Positions 8,801-19,673 are shown, counted from the stretch's first letter. The stretch is DNA of 64,000 nt from Candidatus Syntropharchaeum butanivorans (GCA_001766825.1 LYOR01000001.1:30945-94944), one strand, 5' to 3'. A program made the numbers and translations. Notes: generated from the sequence alone by a model not told the origin.

Positions 8801-9762
8801 CCTTCCACCTTGAAGTGATCGTATCCTGATGGAACGACCCTTTCTCCTGCGTTTTTCTCAACAACCCTCCCTATTACCGTGAAATCAACCACCTGCCTCA
8901 GCTCATTAACCCCCTCCGGCATAACGGTGAAGAGAAGCTCATAATCTCCACCGGCTGATAGCAGAAGCGATCTCAGATCATCAGCATCTTCCACAACCTT
9001 AAAAAGCTCACTTCTCACTGGAATTCTCTCCCAATCAATCTCAAACCCAACGTGAGACGCCCTCGAAAGATCGGCGAGTGAGACAGAGAGCCCATCGCTT
9101 ATATCTGTCATCGAGGTGACAAAGCCAGATCCGGAAAGCTTCAACCCCTCCTTTACACGAGGTACCGGCTCAAAAAGGGCTTTAACAAGAGGATCTGAGA
9201 GATCCACATCCTTCTCTCGCTCAATCAACCTCAAACCTCCCCCTGCAGATCCAAGATGCCCTGTAATGCAAAGAAGGTCACCAACCTTTGCACCGGATCT
9301 CCTGATGACCCGTCCTTCTCGTGCAACCCCGAGCACAAACCCGGTTAGCGTGATCTCATCATGTGCATCGAGATCTCCCCCGAGAACCCCAAGACCAAAC
9401 CTCAGCGCACAGGAGTGAATCCCTGAGAGAAGCTCCTTGAATGCTTCAACGCTGAACTCCGGGGGCACACCGATCGCGTCCACCATGAAAAGTGGCTCAC
9501 CCCCCATCGCAGCGATATCACTCAGGTTTACAGCAACAAGACTCCAGCCCATCTGGTAAGGGGTCATCTGTGGGGGGAAATCACTTTTCTCATGGAGCAT
9601 ATCGGATGTGAGAAGTAAACACTCTCCACCAAGCTCAACGACCGCACAATCCTCCTCTTGAGTCTCGAAATAAGATGAAACAAGCTCAATAAGTCTTCTC
9701 TCCCCAATATCACGAAGTAACCCGTTCAAAAGCCCCTCTCCTCCCAAGTGGTTTTGTTGCAT
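8797..9762 (-). CDS. AIR-synthase-related protein (ThiL/PurM/HypE superfamily; possibly a methanogen-marker-type protein)
   Basis: The ORF extends to 9957. The plausible start is MQQNH at ~9762 because upstream codons overlap the UbiD gene. DCAVVELGGECLLLTSDMLHEKSDF and TPYQMGWSLVAVNLSDIAAMGG are PurM-like N-domain motifs. Confidence 0.5.
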   Translation of the reverse strand: MQQNHLGGEGLLNGLLRDIGERRLIELVSSYFETQEEDCAVVELGGECLLLTSDMLHEKSDFPPQMTPYQMGWSLVAVNLSDIAAMGGEPLFMVDAIGVPPEFSVEAFKELLSGIHSCALRFGLGVLGGDLDAHDEITLTGFVLGVAREGRVIRRSGAKVGDLLCITGHLGSAGGGLRLIEREKDVDLSDPLVKALFEPVPRVKEGLKLSGSGFVTSMTDISDGLSVSLADLSRASHVGFEIDWERIPVRSELFKVVEDADDLRSLLLSAGGDYELLFTVMPEGVNELRQVVDFTVIGRVVEKNAGERVVPSGYDHFKVEG

Positions 9763-10966
9763 CGATCCCGACCTTGGTTGAGGTGCCATCTTCTGCTGCA
9801 GAGGGGTCGAGCGATGATCCACGTGCACCCCGGACCATAACAAGATCCTCATCCCATCTGACACGGGTTGCGATCGCATACTCAAGCTCGATCGGATCGA
9901 GTATATCGATATCCTCATCCACAACAACAACCTGTTTAAGACTTGGAGCTGCTGCAAACGCCGCGATTATCGCGTTCTTCCCATCTCCCTCTCTGACTTT
10001 CCGGATCGAGATCGCTGCATGGAGGTACGTGCACCCTCCCCTTGTGAGAATGACGTTTCTTGCATCAGCCACATGCCGGACCCCGCGCAGTATCACAGGC
10101 TCGTAAGGTACACCCATCAGAAGCTGGTGCTCCATGCCACCCGGGATTATGGAGTGATAGATCGGATCCTCTCTGTGATATATCTTATCAAGTGTTATCA
10201 CCGGCTCAAGCCTCACCCTGTCGTACGTTCCGGTTATATCAACAAAAGGCCCCTCCCTGGCACACTCATCTCTTTCGATCTCTCCCTCCAGCACGATCTC
10301 AGCATGGGGGACACATATACCATTATCAAGCCTGAACAGCTCAACCGGTCCACCTCGCAGGGCTGATGCATACTCAAACTCACGCCCGGGCTCAACCCTG
10401 GTAGCAGCAGCAAAGAGTATCACCGGGTCGGGTCCTATCACAATCCCAACTTTCAGCCCCTTTCCCTGCTCTTTTGCCTTTTTGTGAAGCATATATGTAT
10501 GTCTCGGGGGAACAAGCCTTGCAACAACTTTATTTTTCCCAATCACCATCATACGATGGAACGAGGCATTTCTAACACCATCAAACTCGGTTACAATGAT
10601 TCCTGCCGTGATGTACGCCCCACCATCCCGCTCAAAGAATCGCATTATCGGCAGGGTCGAGAGATCTGCACGCCTTATAACCTCCCTCGCAGGTGAGTCA
10701 TCAACGATCCTCACCTCGCCTTTAAGGGGAAGATCTGCAAGTCTGGGTGCAATTTTATCCGGTTCAACCCCAAGTACCCTCGAGAGGATCTCTCTTGATG
10801 AGATAAGGTTGATACACGCTCTCATCCCTGATAGATTCTTGAAGAGTATCGGACGCTCGATCTCTCTTGCAATCCTGCATGCATCAAGGTCACTTGATAC
10901 CGGATCATCGATCTCAACAAGATCTCCACGCTCTTTAAGCTCATTCATGAACTCCCTGAGCCCCAT
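9710..10966 (-). CDS. UbiD-family (prFMN-dependent) decarboxylase
   Basis: 418 aa. UbiD-fold blocks throughout, e.g. GGAYITAGIIVT, YEPVILRGV. Confidence 0.75.
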   Translation of the reverse strand: MGLREFMNELKERGDLVEIDDPVSSDLDACRIAREIERPILFKNLSGMRACINLISSREILSRVLGVEPDKIAPRLADLPLKGEVRIVDDSPAREVIRRADLSTLPIMRFFERDGGAYITAGIIVTEFDGVRNASFHRMMVIGKNKVVARLVPPRHTYMLHKKAKEQGKGLKVGIVIGPDPVILFAAATRVEPGREFEYASALRGGPVELFRLDNGICVPHAEIVLEGEIERDECAREGPFVDITGTYDRVRLEPVITLDKIYHREDPIYHSIIPGGMEHQLLMGVPYEPVILRGVRHVADARNVILTRGGCTYLHAAISIRKVREGDGKNAIIAAFAAAPSLKQVVVVDEDIDILDPIELEYAIATRVRWDEDLVMVRGARGSSLDPSAAEDGTSTKVGIDATKPLGRRGAFERVTS

Positions 10967-11791
10967 CTAAGAACCCCCAATAATCGTTGAAAGCGCAGCT
11001 GCAAGCTTAACAGCACCAGAATAACTCCCTCCAGCCCTTGACGTATCGACAAAGACTTTTCCAAGGTCATAATGTACTGCTGCCCCCCACGCGACCCCTT
11101 CCCCAAGGAATGTCAACGTCCTGAAGATGAGGTTGCCAGAAATACCATCAGGTGCAATTATAAGGTTTGAATCACGTACAGCATCCTCGATCAGGATCTC
11201 ATGGTGCACAGCCTGATACCCCATATCCGCGACGGCACCGATAAGAAGATCCCCCTCTCTCAGGGATTCATCAACCCGGGGACTTCTTCCCATATCCCCG
11301 ATCCTGCCTCCTGAGAGTATCCCCACCCTGACATCAAGACCCAGGCTTTCAAGCATCCATATCCCATTCTCAATCAGCCTGAGTCTTGCATCAAACCCGT
11401 CTCCCTCATCGATTCCAACGGGCGCAAAGAGGAATGGATCAGCGTCTTTTGGCTTGAGGAGTGCAACCCTTGCGAGGTTATCGATACCAGATACCTTCCT
11501 TAGATAGAGAAGTGTCTTTGATGCAGGGAGCGTCCCTCTCACAGCACCATCCACCTCCCCCCTCATAAGAAGATCTACAAGCTCACGTTCTGGCTCATCA
11601 GATATCATGATCTCAAACCCGGCATCAGATTCTATCTCAGCGCCTGAGACGATGAGAAGGTCTGCAAATCGCTCAACCTCAGTAAGCTCCTGGATTATAC
11701 GTGGATCGCTCATGCCGATGGCAATTCTGCACTCAGGTGGCAGGTTCTCCTCAACCATTGAGAAAATATCGCCCCTCCCCTTTGACTTCAT
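10967..11791 (-). CDS. phosphate acyltransferase-like protein (MtxX / methanogen marker protein 4-like)
   Basis: 274 aa. [20 protein letters not shown] resembles the Pta/Ptb family DGNSGN loop. This architecture is typical of methanogen MtxX. Confidence 0.5.
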   Translation of the reverse strand: MKSKGRGDIFSMVEENLPPECRIAIGMSDPRIIQELTEVERFADLLIVSGAEIESDAGFEIMISDEPERELVDLLMRGEVDGAVRGTLPASKTLLYLRKVSGIDNLARVALLKPKDADPFLFAPVGIDEGDGFDARLRLIENGIWMLESLGLDVRVGILSGGRIGDMGRSPRVDESLREGDLLIGAVADMGYQAVHHEILIEDAVRDSNLIIAPDGISGNLIFRTLTFLGEGVAWGAAVHYDLGKVFVDTSRAGGSYSGAVKLAAALSTIIGGS

Positions 11792-12621
11792 GATATATCA
11801 CCCTCCTTTATCTTCTTCCGCCTCTCCATGAGGCTTTCAATGTAATCACACTGTTTACTCCAGTCGCACTCAATCGCCTTTTCCGGGCACATTAGCTCAC
11901 ATATGTAACACCTGTCACAGTCCTTTGTCCACCTGGGATATGGATCAAGAATTATTGAATCAACCGGGCATATCTCCGCACATTTCCCGCACCTGGTGCA
12001 TTTATCTTTATTGAGCTTGAACTCAGGAAACCACCTCTGTATCCCCTCAAACGTCCACATCCTGGCGGATTCGTTATCCCTCGTCCAGAAATCTGTCTTT
12101 TCCGGTGTATCAGGATCCCGCGCCTTCTCAATCAATCTCTCACCGAATCTTCTCGCCTGCTCAAGCTCTTCCTCTGTCGGATGGCCTGCTGAGCTCTCAA
12201 GATGACCCCCACGCCTTGAGTACATCTGGTGGACATCGTGTCCGATCCATCTATCGCACCCATCGATTATCTTAAGCCCCTTCTTATCCAGGACGAGCTT
12301 CATCTGATAGAGCGTTGATCCGGGATTGCCCCCGCTTGTACAGAAGAGAAACCCTTTGATCCCATCAAGCCTTGGAAACTCCTCGAGCAGGTGGAGTATG
12401 TGATACGGTGGGTGGAAATAGTAGACCGGCACACCAATTCCAAGAAGATCGTATGTGTGAAAATCAATCGTTCTTACAAGCTCCAGATCGCGGGCATACT
12501 TTCTCAGCTTGATGAGATCACAGGTATTTCCCCCACTTCTCAGGCCTTCTGCGATTCTTTTTGCGATCTTCTCCGTGTTTCCTGTGACACACTGAGAGTA
12601 GTAGAGGATGATACTCTTCAT
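11788..12621 (-). CDS. flavodoxin-domain protein fused to a 2x[4Fe-4S] ferredoxin domain
   Basis: The ORF runs to 12690; the likely start is MKSIILYYSQCVTGNTEKIA (a flavodoxin P-loop-like start). C-terminus carries CTRCGKCAEICP and CDRCYICELMCP. Confidence 0.65.
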   Translation of the reverse strand: MKSIILYYSQCVTGNTEKIAKRIAEGLRSGGNTCDLIKLRKYARDLELVRTIDFHTYDLLGIGVPVYYFHPPYHILHLLEEFPRLDGIKGFLFCTSGGNPGSTLYQMKLVLDKKGLKIIDGCDRWIGHDVHQMYSRRGGHLESSAGHPTEEELEQARRFGERLIEKARDPDTPEKTDFWTRDNESARMWTFEGIQRWFPEFKLNKDKCTRCGKCAEICPVDSIILDPYPRWTKDCDRCYICELMCPEKAIECDWSKQCDYIESLMERRKKIKEGDIS

Positions 12622-12647
12622 ACAGGGATGAATAGAGCCAGGAGGTA

Positions 12648-13550
12648 TTAAAGGCTTGACATGGTTGTGAGACTGACCCCGACGATACACCCCTCACCAA
12701 CGGCACTTGCAACCTGCCTGATACCCCCTGTGATATCCCCGCAGGCAAACACCCCATCCATGCTCGTTCTGCACCTGTGATCCACATTTACAAACCCTCT
12801 CTCATCAAGCTCAAGCCCGAGCTTCAGTGCAAGCTCATTGTTTGGAGCTGCTCCGGCCTCGATGAAGATGCCATCCACCCTCTCTGTGATCTCATTCCCT
12901 CTGAACCTGTAGCGAATCCCCTCGACAAGTTCATCTCCCATTATTTCAATTGGATCAACACCCTCCAGAACATCAACACCACGTTCATCAAGCCCCTTGA
13001 TGTAAACCGCCTCCGCGCGAAGGGCCTTTTTTGTGCACAGGATCTTCACATTGGCGAAAGAAGAGAGATAGTACGCAGCTTTGGCTGCCCCATTGCCGTA
13101 TCCAAGAACAAGAACATTCTTATCTCTGAACAGAGCACCATCACAGACTGCACAGTACGATACACCCCTGTGAAGGAGCTTATCCTCTCCTGGTATGCCA
13201 AGCCTCCTGGGACTGGCACCTGTCGCAATCACAAGCGCCCTGCCCTCATAGACCTCATCAAGTGTATTGGCCCTGAAGATATCGTTATGTCTTTCAAGAT
13301 CAAGGACACGAGCCGGTATGACTTCAGCTCCCCATTTTTTAGCCTGCTCCTCCATCTTCACAACGAGATCAATCCCCTCTCCCTCAAAGCCAGGGTAGTT
13401 CTCAAGCCGCCCACTCATCGCAAGCTGGGAGTCATATTTATCACCGATCACAGCAACTCTCTTCCCGCCCCTTGCAGTGTAAATCGCAGCAGTTAAACCT
13501 GCAGGACCTGCTCCCACGATGATAATATCCCACATCTTTTCCTCATTCAT
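12648..13550 (-). CDS. thioredoxin-reductase-like FAD/NAD(P)-dependent oxidoreductase
   Basis: 300 aa. [17 protein letters not shown] (FAD GxGxxG), the redox-active CAVCDG, and a second [10 protein letters not shown] nucleotide motif. Confidence 0.75.
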   Translation of the reverse strand: MNEEKMWDIIIVGAGPAGLTAAIYTARGGKRVAVIGDKYDSQLAMSGRLENYPGFEGEGIDLVVKMEEQAKKWGAEVIPARVLDLERHNDIFRANTLDEVYEGRALVIATGASPRRLGIPGEDKLLHRGVSYCAVCDGALFRDKNVLVLGYGNGAAKAAYYLSSFANVKILCTKKALRAEAVYIKGLDERGVDVLEGVDPIEIMGDELVEGIRYRFRGNEITERVDGIFIEAGAAPNNELALKLGLELDERGFVNVDHRCRTSMDGVFACGDITGGIRQVASAVGEGCIVGVSLTTMSSL

Positions 13551-14454
13551 ACTCGATCGTTGCAGGAGGTTTTGGGGTTATGTCATACACGACCCTGGCG
13601 ACATCCGGTATCTCACCGGTTATACGGGAGGAGATCCTTCTTAGCCGATCCCATGGGATCTCAATCGGGCTTGCGGTCATACCATCCCTTGACTCTACCG
13701 CCCTGACCGCAACAATCCACCCATGCACCCTCACATCACCCTTGACACCGGTCCCCCTCTCAACAACAGCTGCAAATGCCTGCCATGGCTTGAACTCCCT
13801 GAGCTCCTCCTCAACGATCGTATTTGCACGTCTCACAACCTCAAGCTTCTCCCGCGTAACCTCTCCAATTATCCTGACAGCAAGCCCTGGTCCTGGAAAC
13901 GGCATCCTCTCCGATATCTCCGGGGGTAACCCAAGCTCTCGTGCAAGGATGCGTACCTCATCCTTGTACAGATCTGCGATCGGTTCAATGATCCCATCAA
14001 ACTCGATATTTATCGGCAGACCACCCACATTGTGATGGGATTTGATCCCTCCCTCAGACTCGATTCTGTCCGGATAGATCGTACCCTGGATGAGATATCT
14101 CGCCCCTACCTTCCTTGCCTCCTCCTCGAATATCCTGATAAATGTCTCCCCGATGATCTTTCTCTTTTCTTCGGGGTCAGAAACACCCTCAAGCGCCTTC
14201 AGGAACCTCTCTCTGGCGTCAACCACCCTCAGGTTCATATCTCCAAAGACCTCTCTGATCCTCTCAGGCTCCCCCTCCCTCATGAAGCCGGTATCCACAA
14301 AAATAGGTATAAGATCTTCTCCTATCGCCCTGTGGGCAAGTACAGCAGAGACAGATGAATCAACACCACCTGAGAGTGCGATTATGGCCTTTCCCCTGCA
14401 CTCCTCTCTGATTCTCTTCACGGCATCCTCGATGAGCTTTTTATAATCCATCAT
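13543..14454 (-). CDS. guaA: GMP synthase subunit B (ATP pyrophosphatase subunit)
   Basis: The PP-loop SGGVDSSV and a GMP-synthase C-terminal dimerisation domain are present. Start placed at MMDYKK. This is the archaeal split GuaA-B form. Confidence 0.8.
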   Translation of the reverse strand: MMDYKKLIEDAVKRIREECRGKAIIALSGGVDSSVSAVLAHRAIGEDLIPIFVDTGFMREGEPERIREVFGDMNLRVVDARERFLKALEGVSDPEEKRKIIGETFIRIFEEEARKVGARYLIQGTIYPDRIESEGGIKSHHNVGGLPINIEFDGIIEPIADLYKDEVRILARELGLPPEISERMPFPGPGLAVRIIGEVTREKLEVVRRANTIVEEELREFKPWQAFAAVVERGTGVKGDVRVHGWIVAVRAVESRDGMTASPIEIPWDRLRRISSRITGEIPDVARVVYDITPKPPATIEYE

Positions 14455-14519
14455 ACTATCTCTTGGCCACACCGATTAAAAAAACCTTAGCCTCTCACCA
14501 CCCTTAGTTAAAAACAAGG

Positions 14520-14527
14520 TTTATATA
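14520..14527 (+). promoter_or_regulatory. putative archaeal TATA box with purine-rich BRE-like stretch upstream of the cetZ-like gene
   Basis: tttatata is preceded by aaaaacaagg in the 126-nt gap before ATG 14599. Confidence 0.25.
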
Positions 14528-14598
14528 CATGTGGTGTATATCTCATTTCTAAGAAAGGGTAAAAATAATGTGTTCGCTCATCTTAGGGGAGATGTCAT

Positions 14599-15753
14599 GT
14601 GAAGATATTTTTGATCGGCATTGGACAGGGTGGAGGGAAGATTGCTGATCTCTTTCTGGAATATGATAGAAGAACGAGGCATAACTGTATTACTCGTGCA
14701 ATTGCGATAAATACAGCCAGATCAGATCTTCTCGGGCTGAAGAACATCCCGATGGAGGACAGGATACTCATAGGAGAGTCTATTGTCAAGGGGCATGGTG
14801 TGGGAGCGGATAACGAGCTGGGAGCAAGAGTTGCAGCTGAGGATATATACACGATACAGAGTGCCATAGATCAGAGAGGGACCCATGAAATTGATGCTTT
14901 TCTCATCGTAGCAGGTCTTGGCGGGGGAACAGGCTCCGGAGGTGCACCGGTCATTGCACGTCGTTTGAAGAAGCTTTACGTTGAGCCGGTTTATGGCCTT
15001 GGCATCCTCCCTGCAAGGGATGAGGGAGGGCTTTACTCGTTGAATGCCGCAAGGAGCCTGATGACCTTCGTGAAGGAGGTGGATAACCTCTTCCTCTTCG
15101 ATAATGAGCCCTGGAAGAAGGAAGGGGAGAGCCTGGAGGATGCCTACGCCTTCATGAACGAGGAGATTGTGAGAAGATTCGGGATACTGTTTGGGGCCGG
15201 TGAGTCGAATGAGGTGGGTCAGGTTGTTGTGGATGCCGCCGAGATAATTAACACGCTGAGGGGTGGTGGTATCTCAACGGTCGGTTATGCGGTTGAAGAG
15301 GTGAGTAAGAAAAAGAAGGGGGGGTTATTCAAGCGGGTGAAGAGGGATAAGTCCTCGCTTGAGACGCTTGATGCAACAACAAAGATAACATCCCTTACAA
15401 GGCGAGCAGTGATGGGGAGGCTCACACTCTCATGTGACATCTCGAGTGCAGAGCGTGGTCTGATTGTTGTCGCAGGCCCTCCCGAGGAACTCAGCAGGAA
15501 AGGGATCGAGAAGGCAAAGTTATGGGTTGAGGAGATGATTCGGGGGACCGAGGTACGTGGTGGGGATTATCCTGTACCAAAGAGTGACTACGTGGCAGCG
15601 GTCACCGTCTTCTCAGGAGTGACAGACGTCCCGAGGATCAAAGAGCTCCAGGAGCTTGCTGTAAACGCGCAGAAAACGATTCAGGAGTTTGATAGCAAGA
15701 AAGAAGAGAAGCATGAGTCGCTCTGGCGTGATGATATCAAGCCTCTGTTTTAA
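14599..15753 (+). CDS. cetZ: tubulin/FtsZ-superfamily GTPase, CetZ-like
   Basis: 384 aa. N-terminal GIGQGGGK and the tubulin signature GGGTGSG. Domain order and length fit archaeal CetZ rather than FtsZ. Confidence 0.7.
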   Translation: MKIFLIGIGQGGGKIADLFLEYDRRTRHNCITRAIAINTARSDLLGLKNIPMEDRILIGESIVKGHGVGADNELGARVAAEDIYTIQSAIDQRGTHEIDAFLIVAGLGGGTGSGGAPVIARRLKKLYVEPVYGLGILPARDEGGLYSLNAARSLMTFVKEVDNLFLFDNEPWKKEGESLEDAYAFMNEEIVRRFGILFGAGESNEVGQVVVDAAEIINTLRGGGISTVGYAVEEVSKKKKGGLFKRVKRDKSSLETLDATTKITSLTRRAVMGRLTLSCDISSAERGLIVVAGPPEELSRKGIEKAKLWVEEMIRGTEVRGGDYPVPKSDYVAAVTVFSGVTDVPRIKELQELAVNAQKTIQEFDSKKEEKHESLWRDDIKPLF

Positions 15754-16556
15754 TGGAGGGAGAGATGATGACAAAGCTGATTCTGTTGCTGCTCATCCTT
15801 TCAGGTCTTGTTATACAGCCGGTGCTCGCTCTTGAGGGGGCATATCCCCCCTCGAGGTTTGTTGAGGCGTCATACACGATGGAGCCAGCGGGGATTATCC
15901 AGTTTGGAGAGCATGTTTGGGCAACGATCACCCTCACAAACTTCAGCAAAGAGATAAAGGAGTCGAAGTTCTTCTTCTACTCAGAGCTTGACGCTCCCCA
16001 GTGGAGTGTTACCGTGGATGGGGTCCAGGTACCATTTGAGCAGCCACTTGTAATCAACCACAGTGCGGAGACTGTGACAGTTGCACTCGCCGGTGTTGCC
16101 CCTGATACAGGTTACCAGAAGGATATCCTGATCGCAAGGATCGATGAGAACACAACGACAAATGATTACACCGTTATCACGATCAGGCGTACTCTCACAA
16201 GCAAAGAGATTTATGAGGTCCTGTCAGCGATAAACGAATCTCGAAACGCGATCGCGCGGGCAAATGCCTCCATCAGGAATGCATCCGTAGATGTTCAGGA
16301 TGCAGAGGATGACCTTAGGATGGCTGAAAGATACTTAGAAGATGCTAACAGTTACTACCTGCAGAAAGATCTTAACGCATCGCTTGCTGCAGCAAAAAAT
16401 GCCACAATCTATGCGAATAAGGCATATGAGCGAGTACAGAGGCTTGAATCTTCTGCAAGAATGATGAAATACGCCCTTCTGGGCGTTGTTGCGGTGGTGA
16501 TCATCGCGCTTCTCATCGTCATGTACAAGCGGTCCAGATGGGATAAGCTGAGGTAA
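15753..16556 (+). CDS. membrane-anchored extracellular protein (signal peptide, C-terminal TM helix), hypothetical
   Basis: 267 aa. Hydrophobic N-terminus LILLLLILSGLVIQPVLA; several N-x-S/T sequons; C-terminal helix ALLGVVAVVIIALLIVMYKRSRW. Its start overlaps the CetZ stop. Confidence 0.5.
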   Translation: MEGEMMTKLILLLLILSGLVIQPVLALEGAYPPSRFVEASYTMEPAGIIQFGEHVWATITLTNFSKEIKESKFFFYSELDAPQWSVTVDGVQVPFEQPLVINHSAETVTVALAGVAPDTGYQKDILIARIDENTTTNDYTVITIRRTLTSKEIYEVLSAINESRNAIARANASIRNASVDVQDAEDDLRMAERYLEDANSYYLQKDLNASLAAAKNATIYANKAYERVQRLESSARMMKYALLGVVAVVIIALLIVMYKRSRWDKLR

Positions 16557-16559
16557 GCT

Positions 16560-17471
16560 GTGTTGTTCGATAGACCGAATATAGGCTGGGAGAGTGAACA
16601 GCTCATAGAAGCCCTCAGCTCCAGGAACTGTATTACCAGAGCCACTGCTGCAGAAGTGCTGGGATCAAAGAAAGATAGGGTCGCGATCAAGCCGTTGTTT
16701 CGTCTGTTACGGGATAAGGACGGTAGTGTGAGATGGAGGGCAGCAGAATCTCTTGAATCTCTGATAGGCGATGAAGACATTGAGCTTCTACTTTCAGGGG
16801 TTAAAGATGAGCACGAAAGTGTGCGGTTCTGGTCTGTATATCTTCTGGGAAGGTGTAGATTCAGCAAAGATGTGGTTCCATATCTTATTTCTGCCCTTAA
16901 AGATGATAACCACGAAATTCGAGCGATTGCAGCACAGTCGCTTGAGCTTGTAGGAGATGAGCGGGCAATACCACCATTGCTTGAGGCGATGAGGGATGAG
17001 TGGAAGGGGGCAAGATTGAGTGTCTTTGGAGCGATCAAGAAGTTAGTTTCTGAGAATAAAAATAAGATTGACGCTGAACTGTTTTTGAAAGGGTTGGAGG
17101 ACGATTACCCTGATGTACGATTTGTTTCAGCATTTTTTCTCGGTGAACTCGGGGATTCACGGGCGCTTACCACTCTGCTTGACTTGATCGATGACATTAA
17201 TGAGGATGTAAATGTGCGGCAGTGGGCTGCATATGCTCTTGGCAGGATGGATGATGACAGAGCCTTTGTGCGTCTTATTGACCTCGTAAGGGGTGAGAGA
17301 AGCCCTGTTGTCAGGAGGATGGCGCTTCGCTCACTTGGAGAGATGGCGCTCAGGAACCCGGAGTACGTGAAACAGGCAGAAGCATGCATCACATCGGTTC
17401 TTGAGGATGAAGATGTGATCCTTCTTGGTCTTGCACAGGGTATGCTTGGAAGGTTGCAGAAGAACCGATAG
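16560..17471 (+). CDS. HEAT/PBS-lyase repeat protein
   Basis: 303 aa with ~8 tandem repeats of the DxxxxVRxxAAxALGxxGD type. GTG start 4 nt after the previous stop. Confidence 0.65.
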   Translation: MLFDRPNIGWESEQLIEALSSRNCITRATAAEVLGSKKDRVAIKPLFRLLRDKDGSVRWRAAESLESLIGDEDIELLLSGVKDEHESVRFWSVYLLGRCRFSKDVVPYLISALKDDNHEIRAIAAQSLELVGDERAIPPLLEAMRDEWKGARLSVFGAIKKLVSENKNKIDAELFLKGLEDDYPDVRFVSAFFLGELGDSRALTTLLDLIDDINEDVNVRQWAAYALGRMDDDRAFVRLIDLVRGERSPVVRRMALRSLGEMALRNPEYVKQAEACITSVLEDEDVILLGLAQGMLGRLQKNR

Positions 17472-17584
17472 AAGTGGTCTGATTCTGGCATCTGAAAAGT
17501 ATGCTGAGGATTTTAGAAAGATTTATTATCGAGCCAGAACCTAAATATCACGAATTTAAATGAGGTGATTGGTGAGGTGAAGAG

Positions 17585-19249
17585 ATGGATAGGTTAGAGG
17601 AGATAGAAAAAGAGGAGAGAGAGTGGGCGAAGCTCATAGAGGGATGTGAGCGAAAGCCAGAGTTCAAGACATACTCAGGTATACCTGTAAAGGCGTTATA
17701 TACGCCAGTGGATCTCAAGGACCATGACTATCTTGAGAAGGTTGGTTTTCCAGGAAAACCCCCCTATGTGAGAGGTGTCTACCCCACGATGTACCGGGGT
17801 AAGGTATGGACGACACGGATGTTCTCAGGATTTGGGACGCCTGAGGAGACAAATGAGCGGTGGAAGCTCCTTTACAAGGAAGGACAGACCGGGTTCAGTG
17901 CAGCGGTTGATTCACTGACACAGGCAGGGATGAGTCCGTTCGATCCAAGGGTTGGCCCAGAGGTTGGAACAGATGGTGTCCCGCTCTACTGTAAGCCGGC
18001 AGTTGCCGCGATGGTCGAGGGTTTACCGATCGATAAGATCGGGGTTGCACTGGTTGTTGAGGATGCGGCTGCGACGATCACAGCCTCGATGTACTTCAAC
18101 GTCTACATGGAACGGGGATTTGATCTCAAGACATGCATGGGAACAACCCAGAATGACCTCCTCTCAATGTCAATAGGGTGTCTGCAATACCGCTCGCTCG
18201 ATCCGGCCCACAGGCTGAAGCTTGCATGCGACCTGATCGAGTGGTGTACCGCGGATAAGAACGTGCCGAAGTGGAACCCGATAAACTTCACCACCTACAA
18301 CTATCGTGAGGGGGGTATTGACGCCATTCAGGAGCTTGCATTCGGGTTTGCGAACGCGATTGAGCATATAAATCACCTGCTTGAACGTGGAAGAAAGATA
18401 GAAGAGTTTGTCGGGAGGCTTGCATTCCATCTATCGGCCCACAATGACTTCTTCGAGGAGATTGCAAAGTACCGTGCCGCAAGGCGGATCTGGTACAAGC
18501 TGATGAAGGACAGGTATGGGGTAACAGACCCGCGTCTTCTCATCTTCAGGTTCCATATCCAGACCGCAGGCTCCACACTGACCCGGCAGCAACCGATGGT
18601 AAACATCGTGAGGATTGCGTATCAGGCGCTTGCAGCAGCCCTCGGTGGCGTCCAGTCGATGCACACAAACTCGTATGATGAGGCGCTCTGTCTCCCGAGT
18701 GAGGAGGCGGTGCTTCTGGCATTGAGGACGCAGCAGGTACTCAAAGAAGAGACGAACATCACGAACGTGATCGATCCCCTCGGTGGCTCGTATTACGTTG
18801 AATGGCTGACTGATGAGATCGAGGAACGGGTATGGCAGTACTTAGGAAAGATCGAAGAGGCCGGAGGGTTAACAAAGACGCTTGAGACCGGGTGGTTATA
18901 CAAGGAGATGACGACCGCGTTCAACAAGCGCAGAAGGATGATCGAGTCTGGAGAGGAGAAGGTCATCGGTGTTAACTGCTATGTTACCGACGAGGAGATC
19001 CCCATCCGTGTCTTCAGAACGAATCCGAACGCACAGGAGATAGAGAAGAAGCGGATAGAAAAGCTCATGGCAGAGCGGGATAACAGGAAGGTTGAGGAGC
19101 TGCTTGATAAACTCAGGAAGGTCTGTGAGCGCGAGGAGAATGTGATGCCGACTGTGATGGAACTCACCCGGGAAGGTGCGATAAACCAGGAGATATATGA
19201 CGTCTACAGGGAAGTCTGGGGTGAGTGGAAGGCCAATATAGTCTTCTGA
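17585..19249 (+). CDS. methylmalonyl-CoA mutase, large catalytic (substrate-binding TIM-barrel) subunit without B12 domain
   Basis: 554 aa with conserved MCM N-domain blocks (e.g. FTTYNYREGG); no B12 domain in this ORF. AGGTGA/AGAGATGG RBS upstream. Confidence 0.8.
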   Translation: MDRLEEIEKEEREWAKLIEGCERKPEFKTYSGIPVKALYTPVDLKDHDYLEKVGFPGKPPYVRGVYPTMYRGKVWTTRMFSGFGTPEETNERWKLLYKEGQTGFSAAVDSLTQAGMSPFDPRVGPEVGTDGVPLYCKPAVAAMVEGLPIDKIGVALVVEDAAATITASMYFNVYMERGFDLKTCMGTTQNDLLSMSIGCLQYRSLDPAHRLKLACDLIEWCTADKNVPKWNPINFTTYNYREGGIDAIQELAFGFANAIEHINHLLERGRKIEEFVGRLAFHLSAHNDFFEEIAKYRAARRIWYKLMKDRYGVTDPRLLIFRFHIQTAGSTLTRQQPMVNIVRIAYQALAAALGGVQSMHTNSYDEALCLPSEEAVLLALRTQQVLKEETNITNVIDPLGGSYYVEWLTDEIEERVWQYLGKIEEAGGLTKTLETGWLYKEMTTAFNKRRRMIESGEEKVIGVNCYVTDEEIPIRVFRTNPNAQEIEKKRIEKLMAERDNRKVEELLDKLRKVCEREENVMPTVMELTREGAINQEIYDVYREVWGEWKANIVF

Positions 19250-19256
19250 AGCCGGG

Positions 19257-19673
19257 GTGAGAATGATGGAGAAGGTGATAAGGGTCCTGATGTCAAAGCC
19301 CGGTGCTGATGGCCACTGGAGGGGAGCTGTGACCGTTGCAAGTGCACTGAGGGATGCAGGGATGGAGGTCATATTCGGCGGCTTCCAGTCAATTCCTGAG
19401 ATCGTTGAGACCGCAATCCAGGAGGATGTGGATGTGATCGGTATAAGCATCCATTCAATGGCGCACATGGCGTATGCAAAAGAGCTGATGGAACTTCTTG
19501 AGGAGAAAGGGGCAAAAGATGACTTTTTGGTCCTATTTGGTGGGATCATACCCGATGAGGATGTGCCAAAGCTCATGGAGCTTGGGGTGGCCGGTGTCTA
19601 TGGTCCAGGCACGCATACCGCAGATATCGTCCGTGATATAAAGGAGAAGCTCTCGGAGAAGCGGGCTGAATAA
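19257..19673 (+). CDS. methylmalonyl-CoA mutase B12-binding subunit
   Basis: 138 aa. DGHWRGAVTVASALRDAGMEV..GISIHS is the DxHxxG..GG cobalamin-binding Rossmann motif. 7 nt downstream of the large subunit. Confidence 0.8.
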   Translation: MRMMEKVIRVLMSKPGADGHWRGAVTVASALRDAGMEVIFGGFQSIPEIVETAIQEDVDVIGISIHSMAHMAYAKELMELLEEKGAKDDFLVLFGGIIPDEDVPKLMELGVAGVYGPGTHTADIVRDIKEKLSEKRAE

